From sequence record DRR378314_2799: a DNA stretch of 20,000 nucleotides. One strand, 5' to 3'. Of this stretch, positions 1-7,440 are shown in pieces. The stretch's first letter is position 1. Each line of letters begins with the position of its first letter. The translations under genes and the position numbers were made by a program. The notes under the pieces were generated by a model, which saw nothing but the letters and a program-made list of their open reading frames with translations, did no database searches and was not told the origin of the DNA.

Positions 1-83
1 CGAAACCAGGAGTAGGAACTGTCGAGAAAAGTCGGATTTTCTCGCGGAGCCGTCTCCGGTCCATTGGCAGAGGGTATGGTCAT
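1..83 (-). CDS. 5' end of a probable MFS transporter (runs off the window)
   Basis: Not in the ORF track. ATG at 83-81 gives MTIPSANGPETAPRENPTFLDSSYSWFR, open to the window edge. The DSxYxWxR string resembles the start of TM1 in alphaproteobacterial MFS permeases. Only 27 codons are visible. Confidence 0.55.
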   Translation of the reverse strand, partial: MTIPSANGPETAPRENPTFLDSSYSWF

Positions 84-199
84 GGGAACTATCCAGGAAT
101 GGGGATCACAAAGATACGTATACGTGATCTGACCATAGGGCACTGCAGGAGTAGCCGTCAATTCCTCTAATTGGAAAAACAGAAGCGGCGGGATACGAG

Positions 200-1126
200 T
201 TAGTCGCTGGTTTCCCGGTTTAACAACTCAAAATACAGGTGACGGATCTGTTCGGTGATAGGGCCAGCCATTCCTGTTCCGATGAGACGGCCATCAATTT
301 CGCGAACTGGCGTTTGGGCCCCAAAAGTTCCGGTCAGAAAAGCTTCGTCTGCATCATAGGTATCCACAAGTGAGTAATTACGCTCAAAAACAGGAATTTG
401 GTTTGCACGGCAGATCTCTATCACTTTCTTGCGGGTAATGCCGTTCATGCAGTAATCACCGGTTGAGGTCCAGACTTCCCCTTTTTTGACAATAAAGAAG
501 TTACAGCCATTGGTCGTATTCACAAAACCATGAGGGTCGAGCATCAAGGCCTCATCCGCACCGGCTTTTTGCGCCTGAATACCCGCCAATATGCAGTTTA
601 ACTTGGAGTGGGAATTAAGTTTTGGATCCTGGGAGGTTGGAAGCCCCCGCACAGTTGGAACGGTGTGCAGCGTAATTCCCTGATCAATAAGTGCAGAGGC
701 CGGTTTGGAATGTTCCATGATAATGACAATGGTTGGGCCAGATGTACTGAGCCTCGGATCCTGAAAAGGTTTATCCTTGATCCCCCGGGTGACCATGAGC
801 CGCGCATGCACATTTTCTGTCATGTTATTAGCGGCAGCAGTTTGATTGAGGGCATCCATAAGCCCTGACCTGTCCAGACCCAGATCCATATCTATGGCTT
901 TTGCCGCTCCGAAAAGCCGATCCAGATGTTCCTTGGCAAATGCCCAATTCCCGTTATACAGGCGAATACCTTCCCATATCCCATCCCCAAGCATAAAGCC
1001 GCTATCATAAACAGAAACAACAGCGTTCTCTTTTGCGACGATGTCACCGTTCACATAAATCTTGAGGTTGTCGTTGCGGCTATCCTGTTCTGCGGTGTGT
1101 GTAGAGTGATGATGTCCGTTGGTCAT
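200..1126 (-). CDS. Aminotransferase class IV (fold-type IV PLP enzyme; BCAT/D-amino acid aminotransferase-like), non-canonical active site
   Basis: Motifs YVNG, SVYDSGFMLGDGIWEG, EHLDRL, ADEALMLD, GITR, EAFLTGT and VREIDG. Substrate cannot be assigned. Confidence 0.9.
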   Translation of the reverse strand: MTNGHHHSTHTAEQDSRNDNLKIYVNGDIVAKENAVVSVYDSGFMLGDGIWEGIRLYNGNWAFAKEHLDRLFGAAKAIDMDLGLDRSGLMDALNQTAAANNMTENVHARLMVTRGIKDKPFQDPRLSTSGPTIVIIMEHSKPASALIDQGITLHTVPTVRGLPTSQDPKLNSHSKLNCILAGIQAQKAGADEALMLDPHGFVNTTNGCNFFIVKKGEVWTSTGDYCMNGITRKKVIEICRANQIPVFERNYSLVDTYDADEAFLTGTFGAQTPVREIDGRLIGTGMAGPITEQIRHLYFELLNRETSD

Positions 1127-1292
1127 TTATCGCCTGTCTTAAGGTTCTAGCTAAAAATTATGAGAGAAAATCTAGCATTAAAATCGAGCCTTATGGAAAT
1201 GATAACGACGACTGATCACTTGCTATTCTACATATATGATTCGAAAGATCTGATGGGGCGTTTGTAATTTTCAAATATTTATCTAAGCAAAA

Positions 1293-1306
1293 TTGATTGA
1301 AATCAA
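1293..1306. promoter_or_regulatory. FNR/FnrL/FixK-type box
   Basis: TTGAT-TGAA-ATCAA is an exact match to TTGAT-N4-ATCAA. It lies in the divergent intergenic region, with TATAAT at 1326-1331 on the + strand. Confidence 0.55.
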
Positions 1307-1468
1307 CCAGAAAACGCCAAAAATTTATAATACTAAACACATACATATGCGGATCGGTCTATGCCGAAAAGCGTGGAGTGAAACACCTTAGCCTTCGGAT
1401 ATTCGAAATCATGGAATATTTGAAAAACTAATGAGACAATCAATGTGGGTTGGGAATAACATTCCATT

Positions 1469-1487
1469 TTCATAAACATTTAACCAT
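1469..1487 (+). promoter_or_regulatory. Candidate CtrA box upstream of the LuxR-type gene
   Basis: TTCA-TAAACAT-TTAAC-CAT has one mismatch to TTAA-N7-TTAAC and contains the TTAACCAT half-site. The region is AT-rich, so a chance match is possible. Confidence 0.4.
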
Positions 1488-1521
1488 CAGGACTCCTGTC
1501 CCTGGATCGGAATGTAGAACC

Positions 1522-2163
1522 ATGCGTACGCTTATTATTGATAGTTATGAAATTTGTAGAAGTGGTATTCGATGTATTCTTGACGAAACATTCGAAAATT
1601 GTGTTGTCTGTGAAGCTGATAATGTTGACGTGGCTGTAAATTGTTTAACGGGTCATGGTGCTGACCTGATCATCTGGGCGATCACTGACTTGGATGAAAA
1701 TGAAACACGAAAAATACCGTCATTCCTTCAAAATGTTGGAGATGTTCCCGTCATTGCAATTAGTAAAACTCATAGTCGGGTCCTCAGAGAGTATCTAAAA
1801 TACCCCCAATTCAAAGGCATCATTAATCGGAATGATAAACGGGAAATTGTTGTTGCTGCTATTCGACTTGTCCTGGCTGGTGGTCAGTATTTTCCGCCTG
1901 AAATGTACGCCCCAGCAACGTTTGAGCCGGATCTTCAGGGGGTTGGCGATCCGTCCGGTTACAGTAATTTAGGACGGCTAACCCGCCGGCAACGGGAGGT
2001 TTTGAAAGCCATCTCACAAGGGAAATCAAACAAATCTATTGCTGAAGAATTGGGAATTTCGCCAGGAACAGTGAAAGTCCATGTATCTAATTTGATGAAA
2101 GACTTGAACGCGAAGAATAGAACCCAAGCGGTTGCGATTGCCAACAATCTTGAAATGCTGTGA
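1522..2163 (+). CDS. NarL/LuxR-family transcriptional regulator with degenerate receiver domain
   Basis: C-terminal LuxR HTH (LTRRQREVL..ISQGKSNKSIAEELGISPGTVKVHVSNLMKDL). N-terminal REC fold begins MRTLIIDSY, so ATG 1522 is preferred over the TTG at 1450. Confidence 0.9.
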   Translation: MRTLIIDSYEICRSGIRCILDETFENCVVCEADNVDVAVNCLTGHGADLIIWAITDLDENETRKIPSFLQNVGDVPVIAISKTHSRVLREYLKYPQFKGIINRNDKREIVVAAIRLVLAGGQYFPPEMYAPATFEPDLQGVGDPSGYSNLGRLTRRQREVLKAISQGKSNKSIAEELGISPGTVKVHVSNLMKDLNAKNRTQAVAIANNLEML

Positions 2164-2318
2164 TTTTAGGCTGGAAGTCTGGATATTAGTTGGGGTCATT
2201 ACGCCCAAGTATATGGAAAATAGGTAGAGATTCTTTACTTTTCCGTTATATCATCTCTAAGGTAGAAATCTTGCAAAAGATGCTTCAATTTTAGTGGTGC
2301 GTTAATATTGGAAACGGG

Positions 2319-4277
2319 ATGAGTACCTGCCTTTATTTATTTGGTGGTTTTCGGCTGGAGTTAATTCCTGGAAAAGCGATTGCGCCGCTTCGGGATAAAA
2401 CACAGGCACTGATTGCGTATCTGGCCCTTTCCAAAAACGGTGTTGTAACCCGTCAGCAAGCCGCGACATTGCTGTGGGACAGTGGCAAAGACCCTTTTGC
2501 CAGTTTGCGCCAATCTGTTAAGGAAATCCGTTCGCTGGAGGAATTGTATGGAACCTCTATCTTTCAGGCAGATACGCAATATCTTTCACTGGATCTCAAC
2601 CGTCTTTGGGTGGACGCCAGGATCGCCTCCCAGCTTTCTAAGGAATTTGAGAAGAATAAAGCGGATGAACTGGTTAAGTGTGATCTGGGCCTATTGCTGG
2701 AGGGGTGCACTGTTACCGGTGACGCTTTTGAAGACTGGTTCCTGTCGGAGCGAGAACGGCGCCAGAATGAACTTTTGCAGACCCTGGATAGCTATCTGCA
2801 AAACCTGACCGCTAAAGCCGCCTCGTCACTGGAGCAACGGAAAATTGCGCATGCAATATTGCAGGTGGATCAAACGAATGAGCGGGCCTATCGGGTTTTG
2901 ATGAAATCCTATTACGAGGATGGTGATCGAGCCACCGCCCTTAAATACTACGAGACCTGTACAACTGTTCTCAGGCGGGAACTGGATGTTCTTCCCTCAG
3001 AAGAAACAGATATTCTGGCTGCAAGTATTCAGCAAAACCGGCAACCGACCGGAACGCTATCGGTTGTTGGGGAGGAGGGCCGAGAGCTAGTTCTGGAAGA
3101 CCAGATAAAACCGGTTATACAGGTTCTGGATTTCACCACAGGTGTTAGTGATCAGGTTCTTGATTTCGTCGCGCAGACATTTAAGGCAGATATTTGTGAG
3201 CAACTCTCAAGAAATGAACGATTTGCTGTCCGCGATCTTCCTGCAGTTTCGTCGAAACCGGAAGGCGCTGAAAAATTACCTGACTACACCGTGCGTGCCA
3301 ATATTCTGAATGTCGGGGAACAACTCAATATTCTGTTGCAGCTTGTTGATGACAAGTATGGCGACATTCTTTGGATGAAGCGGATCGCCCCTGAGATGGC
3401 GAGCCTCCTTAAAGGGAAAAATGAACAGGCACTGCTGGCGGCAATCGAAATCTATAGAATGATAGAGCTGAAAGAGACTGATCGGGCGATGAAGACCGAG
3501 GAAAGTCATTTGACGGCTCGACAATGTTTATTGCGTGCGGTTGCGATCATGTTTCGCTTTTCCAAAGACGCTGTAACAGAGGCGGAAAGATATCTTTTGC
3601 GGGCTTTGACGCAATCTCCCGGGTATCCGGAAGCTTTGGCCTGGCTCGCTTTCTTGAAATCAATTGAGCTGGGGCAGGGCTATACGTCCAATCCACAAGC
3701 GACTACCGAAGAAACGGGAGAGTTGGTCCGCCGGTCAATTGAGCTGAACCCTAGCAATGACATAGCATTGGCTATTGCCGGGCATCTGGAAGCCTTTGTG
3801 CATCATGATTTTGAAACAGCGCTTGAATATTTTGACCGCTCTCTGGCCGCCAATCCAAACTGTGCCTATACGTGGGGCTTTAGCGCCATCACTCATTGTT
3901 ATATCGGCAAGCCTACCGATGCGCTTGAGCTTTTGAGCCGGTGCCGACAAATTATGCCATTTGACGCTCATCCTTATTATTTTGATACCGCACGCTGCAT
4001 TGCCAGTATGCTTTCTGGAAAATATGAGGATGCAGTGCGAATTGGCCGGCAGGTTCTTCGGAATAATCCGAATTTCTATGCCAACTACCGCCCGCTTATC
4101 TCCAGCCTTGGTCATTTGGATCGGGTTGAGGAGGCCGCGCCGGTTTTGCAGGAATTCTCAAAACATCAGCCTGATTTCTCTATCGAATGGCACCTCAAAA
4201 ACTATCCGCCACTGGAAGACGAAATAACAGAACAGTATATACACGGTTTGCGAAAAGCCGGTGTGTCAGAAGGCTGA
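2319..4277 (+). CDS. SARP-type transcriptional regulator: winged helix + BTAD + TolB-like + TPR domains
   Basis: N-terminus LYLFGGFRL...KTQALIAYLAL...TRQQAATLLW. BTAD segment LWVDAR...FEDWFLSERER...NERAYRVLMKSY..GDRATALKYYE...RELDVLPSEET. KPVIQVLDF segment, then TPR-like repeats (AERYLLRALTQSPGY, RRSIELNPSN, DRSLAANPNC). Confidence 0.88.
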   Translation: MSTCLYLFGGFRLELIPGKAIAPLRDKTQALIAYLALSKNGVVTRQQAATLLWDSGKDPFASLRQSVKEIRSLEELYGTSIFQADTQYLSLDLNRLWVDARIASQLSKEFEKNKADELVKCDLGLLLEGCTVTGDAFEDWFLSERERRQNELLQTLDSYLQNLTAKAASSLEQRKIAHAILQVDQTNERAYRVLMKSYYEDGDRATALKYYETCTTVLRRELDVLPSEETDILAASIQQNRQPTGTLSVVGEEGRELVLEDQIKPVIQVLDFTTGVSDQVLDFVAQTFKADICEQLSRNERFAVRDLPAVSSKPEGAEKLPDYTVRANILNVGEQLNILLQLVDDKYGDILWMKRIAPEMASLLKGKNEQALLAAIEIYRMIELKETDRAMKTEESHLTARQCLLRAVAIMFRFSKDAVTEAERYLLRALTQSPGYPEALAWLAFLKSIELGQGYTSNPQATTEETGELVRRSIELNPSNDIALAIAGHLEAFVHHDFETALEYFDRSLAANPNCAYTWGFSAITHCYIGKPTDALELLSRCRQIMPFDAHPYYFDTARCIASMLSGKYEDAVRIGRQVLRNNPNFYANYRPLISSLGHLDRVEEAAPVLQEFSKHQPDFSIEWHLKNYPPLEDEITEQYIHGLRKAGVSEG

Positions 4278-4429
4278 GTTTTTCGCCATTTTTCCAAAAA
4301 TTATCATTAGAAATACTTGATTCACGTCTCAATTCGTCCTCATCAGATAAAGTCGTTTTCGGATCATATATCGGTTGGGGTAACCGGGTGTCTGATTTTT
4401 TGAGTGTAAGTTGGAATAGTGAAGACAGC

Positions 4430-4987
4430 ATGTCACATCGTCAGTTAGGGGTTTCAGACAACGGTGAAATTCACAATAGTATGCTGCAAAAATGTGGTTG
4501 CCGTTTGCGTGTTTGTCATCACTTTGGGTTAAGTTTCCAACCTGCACATCAAAACGAAAATAAATTCTATGACTTGGCTTGCCGGGTCCTGTTCACGGAA
4601 AAGCCAATAATTTTGCTGTTGGATAGTCAGCGGCGGTTGGTTTCTCATTCAGGATTTGAACAGGGGGCCTTAGAGAAAAATGGCATTTTCTGTTGGGGGC
4701 GAGAAAGACGGGTTGGTTTTCGAGATGCTGTGAGTCAGAAGTATCTTATTCGACTTATGATGCAGGCAGATCATTTGCAGAGTGGTGCCTCTGGACAAGC
4801 AAAATCTTGTTTTATTCCAACTTCAACTGGCTGGCCGGTTGTTGTTCTGGAAGGGGATGATCAAAAACCAGCGCTCGATAAGTTGAAATTTGAAGGCTTT
4901 GAAGCGGATATGGTAACGCTTTTGCTGCGAGGTAATGGCGGCTTTAATAGAACACAATCGTTGAAAATGCGCCAAGCAATTGGGTGA
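4430..4987 (+). CDS. Hypothetical protein (~185 aa) with a PAS-like segment
   Basis: Long + strand ORF. The true start is probably ATG 4430 or 4481, because the track start at 4187 overlaps the BTAD gene. PIILLLDSQRRLVSHS...ALEKNGIFCWGRERRVGFRDAVSQKYLIRLM resembles the PAS-like region of sensor-LuxR proteins. Confidence 0.55.
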   Translation: MSHRQLGVSDNGEIHNSMLQKCGCRLRVCHHFGLSFQPAHQNENKFYDLACRVLFTEKPIILLLDSQRRLVSHSGFEQGALEKNGIFCWGRERRVGFRDAVSQKYLIRLMMQADHLQSGASGQAKSCFIPTSTGWPVVVLEGDDQKPALDKLKFEGFEADMVTLLLRGNGGFNRTQSLKMRQAIG

Positions 4988-5011
4988 AGGAAACGATTGG
5001 TAGGGGAAAGG

Positions 5012-5204
5012 TCGATATTCTACAGTCATTTGCGAACTGTGAATAGACAGTAGAATTTCGATGGAGATGGAAACTGTGTGTGTTCAAAATTGGGGGGTGT
5101 CAGCGTCGGACCTGATGGCCTTTGGATCGCATATTTTCATGATGTAGGATAATCATAGCTGGTACTCTACATCTAAAGGCCTGCTTCGGCAGGCCTTTTC
5201 TTTT
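5012..5204 (+). ncRNA. Candidate structured ncRNA or structured 3' UTR (four consecutive hairpins)
   Basis: Hand pairing gives hairpins at 5012-5061, 5067-5140 and 5141-5173 plus the terminator at 5175-5204. No known family recognised. Confidence 0.45.
5175..5204 (+). terminator. Rho-independent terminator
   Basis: AAAGGCCTGC-TTCG-GCAGGCCTTT is a perfect 10-bp stem with a C(UUCG)G tetraloop, followed by TCTTTT. Confidence 0.88.
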
Positions 5205-5225
5205 GGCAGATCTCACGTTTTTTCA

Positions 5226-5255
5226 TCGACATTTTTTTATCTCCACGGATAGTAT
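5226..5255 (+). promoter_or_regulatory. Possible sigma70 promoter for the GMC oxidoreductase
   Basis: TCGACA-N18-TAGTAT lies between the terminator and the GGGGAG ribosome-binding site (5265-5270). Confidence 0.35.
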
Positions 5256-5276
5256 GAGCCAAAAGGGGAGTTGTAT

Positions 5277-6890
5277 ATGTCATCGCGGGAACAAGCGGGT
5301 TCATATGATTATATTATTGTCGGTGCCGGATCCGCAGGATGTGTTCTTGCAAACCGATTGAGTGAAGATCCCGCGACCAAAGTATTGCTCTTGGAGGCTG
5401 GGGGGCGTGACACATATCCCTGGATCCATATTCCCATTGGTTATCTTTATTGCATGGGTAACCCTAAAACAGACTGGATGATGAAGACAGAACCCGATGC
5501 CGGCCTGAATGGCCGGGTTCTGAATTATCCACGCGGAAAAGTTTTAGGAGGCTGTTCCTCCATCAATGGGATGATCTATATGCGCGGACAAGCGCGCGAT
5601 TACGATCACTGGCGGCAACTTGGAAATGCAGGGTGGAGCTGGGACGACGTAAAACCTTACTTCCTTAAATCAGAACATTATCATAGGGGAACGTCTGAAA
5701 GTCACTCAACAGGTGGGGAGTGGCGCGTCGAAAAGCAGCGACTTTCCTGGGAAATCCTTGATCGGTTTATTGATGCAGCGAAAGAGATCGGCATTGAGCC
5801 CACTGAGGATTTCAATCAGGGGACAAACGAAGGGGTCGGATATTTTGAGGTCAATCAGAAATCCGGCGTTCGGTGGAGCACGGCAAAAGCCTTCTTAAAG
5901 CCAATTGAAAAGCGGGCCAATTTGACTGTGATGACTGGCGCCTTAACCGAGCGCCTGATGATGGAGGGAAAGGCCGTTGCCGGGGTTGAGTTTATCATGA
6001 ACGGGAAACCGTTGGTTGCCCAAGCTGGTAAAGAAGTCGTCCTCGCGGCAGGTGCCGTTAATTCGCCTAAAATACTGGAGCTTTCCGGAATTGGGCAGCC
6101 GGAATTGTTAAAATCATTTGGCATTGATCCCGTGCATGAATTGAATGGTGTGGGCGAAAACCTGCAGGACCATTTGCAAATTCGCACAATCTATAAACTG
6201 AAAAATGCCAAGACTTTGAACGAGCAGGCCAACAGTCTTTTTGGAAAAGCCAAGATTGGGTTGCAGTATCTACTTTCCCAATCTGGCCCCCTATCGATGG
6301 CGCCAAGCCAGTTGGGTATATTTGCTAAAAGTGACCCCTCTTTGGAAACACCAGATCTGGAATATCATGTGCAGCCCCTCAGTACGGATAAATTGGGGGA
6401 TCCACTACATCCTTTTCCAGCGGTTACCGTTTCCGTATGCAATCTCCGCCCTGAAAGTCGGGGGCATTGTCATCTTCAGCGGCAAGATCCGGAATACCAG
6501 CCCAAATTGACGATGAACTATCTCTCTGCAGAAAATGACAAACGGCTCGCAGTCCAGAGTATCTCTCATACACGCCGATTGATGCAAACCAGTGCGGTGG
6601 CGAAGTTTGAGCCAGAAGAGTTTTTACCGGGGCCAGGGGTGCAATCCGATAGCGAGATTGTCCAATCAGTTGGGGATATTGCCACGACTATATTTCATCC
6701 GGTGGGTACCTGTAAAATGGGGGATGATCCGCTGTCTGTTGTGGATAGCCGTTTGAAGGTCCACGGATTGTCTGGGGTGCGGGTCGTGGATGCGTCGATT
6801 ATGCCGACCATTACATCGGGCAACACAAATTCACCCGTTATCATGATTGCTGAAAAAGCTGCAGATCTCATTTTAGAAGACAATCGCTGA
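5277..6890 (+). CDS. GMC-family FAD oxidoreductase (choline dehydrogenase-like; substrate unknown)
   Basis: YDYIIVGAGSAGCVLA, PRGKVLGGCSSINGMIYMRG, GVGENLQDH, FHPVGTCKMG, VVDASIMP and GNTNSP. RBS GGGGAG sits 6 nt before ATG 5277. Confidence 0.93.
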   Translation: MSSREQAGSYDYIIVGAGSAGCVLANRLSEDPATKVLLLEAGGRDTYPWIHIPIGYLYCMGNPKTDWMMKTEPDAGLNGRVLNYPRGKVLGGCSSINGMIYMRGQARDYDHWRQLGNAGWSWDDVKPYFLKSEHYHRGTSESHSTGGEWRVEKQRLSWEILDRFIDAAKEIGIEPTEDFNQGTNEGVGYFEVNQKSGVRWSTAKAFLKPIEKRANLTVMTGALTERLMMEGKAVAGVEFIMNGKPLVAQAGKEVVLAAGAVNSPKILELSGIGQPELLKSFGIDPVHELNGVGENLQDHLQIRTIYKLKNAKTLNEQANSLFGKAKIGLQYLLSQSGPLSMAPSQLGIFAKSDPSLETPDLEYHVQPLSTDKLGDPLHPFPAVTVSVCNLRPESRGHCHLQRQDPEYQPKLTMNYLSAENDKRLAVQSISHTRRLMQTSAVAKFEPEEFLPGPGVQSDSEIVQSVGDIATTIFHPVGTCKMGDDPLSVVDSRLKVHGLSGVRVVDASIMPTITSGNTNSPVIMIAEKAADLILEDNR

Positions 6891-6978
6891 TGTATAAGGT
6901 AAAATTAATAAATTCAATTTATTAGTTATCTGAAGATAATAAATTTTACACCCAGTTTTGTAACTAAACAGAGTTGTT

Positions 6979-7350
6979 GTGACAGATCCCAAAGAGTTAC
7001 CATTAGGTGATATCGAGTATTTCAGGGACTTGGCCAGAAAATCAGGCGAAGCCATTACCAAAGAACTGATTGCAAGTGCGCCTGATGCGGTACTTAAAGA
7101 AATTTCCCATATACAGGGAGCTCTGAGCGCCAATGATTCAGAGGCCATGAAAGCTGCTGCCCACGCGCTGAAAGGGGCCAGCTATTCCATGCAAGCCAAG
7201 CGGTTAGCCCATTTTTCTCGCGAATTGGAAATTAGTGCGAATAATCTGGCGGCCATGCAGGTTAAAACGGAAGATCTCATCGAAGTTGCTGAACTGACCA
7301 TTGCATGGTGGTTGGATATTCTTGAGCATAAATCCTACCTTTCAGATTAA
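6979..7350 (+). CDS. Stand-alone Hpt (histidine phosphotransfer) domain protein
   Basis: AAAHALKGAS matches the H-x-L-K-G Hpt motif in an apparently all-helical 123-aa protein. GTG start. Confidence 0.85.
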   Translation: MTDPKELPLGDIEYFRDLARKSGEAITKELIASAPDAVLKEISHIQGALSANDSEAMKAAAHALKGASYSMQAKRLAHFSRELEISANNLAAMQVKTEDLIEVAELTIAWWLDILEHKSYLSD

Positions 7351-7387
7351 CTGTCAGAACCCTGATACTCACATTATCGCTTGATAT

Positions 7388-7403
7388 AGTTACAAATGTA
7401 ACT
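7388..7403. promoter_or_regulatory. Palindromic operator candidate upstream of the VOC gene
   Basis: AGTTACA-AA-TGTAACT is a perfect 7-bp inverted repeat ending 37 nt before ATG 7441. Confidence 0.6.
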
Positions 7404-7440
7404 TAATTTAAAGTAAGAGCTTAATTGAGGGTGTACTGAT

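Noticed and set aside
1450-1521. TTG-initiated extension of the LuxR ORF
   Set aside because: The receiver fold begins at MRTLIID (1522), and the extension covers probable promoter elements.
2222-2269. AGGTAGA(G/A)AT direct repeat as a SARP binding site
   Set aside because: There are only two copies, 38 nt apart, which does not match the 11- or 22-nt periodicity typical of SARP heptamer repeats.
4187-4429. N-terminal extension of the hypothetical ORF in the track
   Set aside because: It overlaps the BTAD gene end and an AT-rich, hairpin-containing spacer, so a downstream ATG is more plausible.
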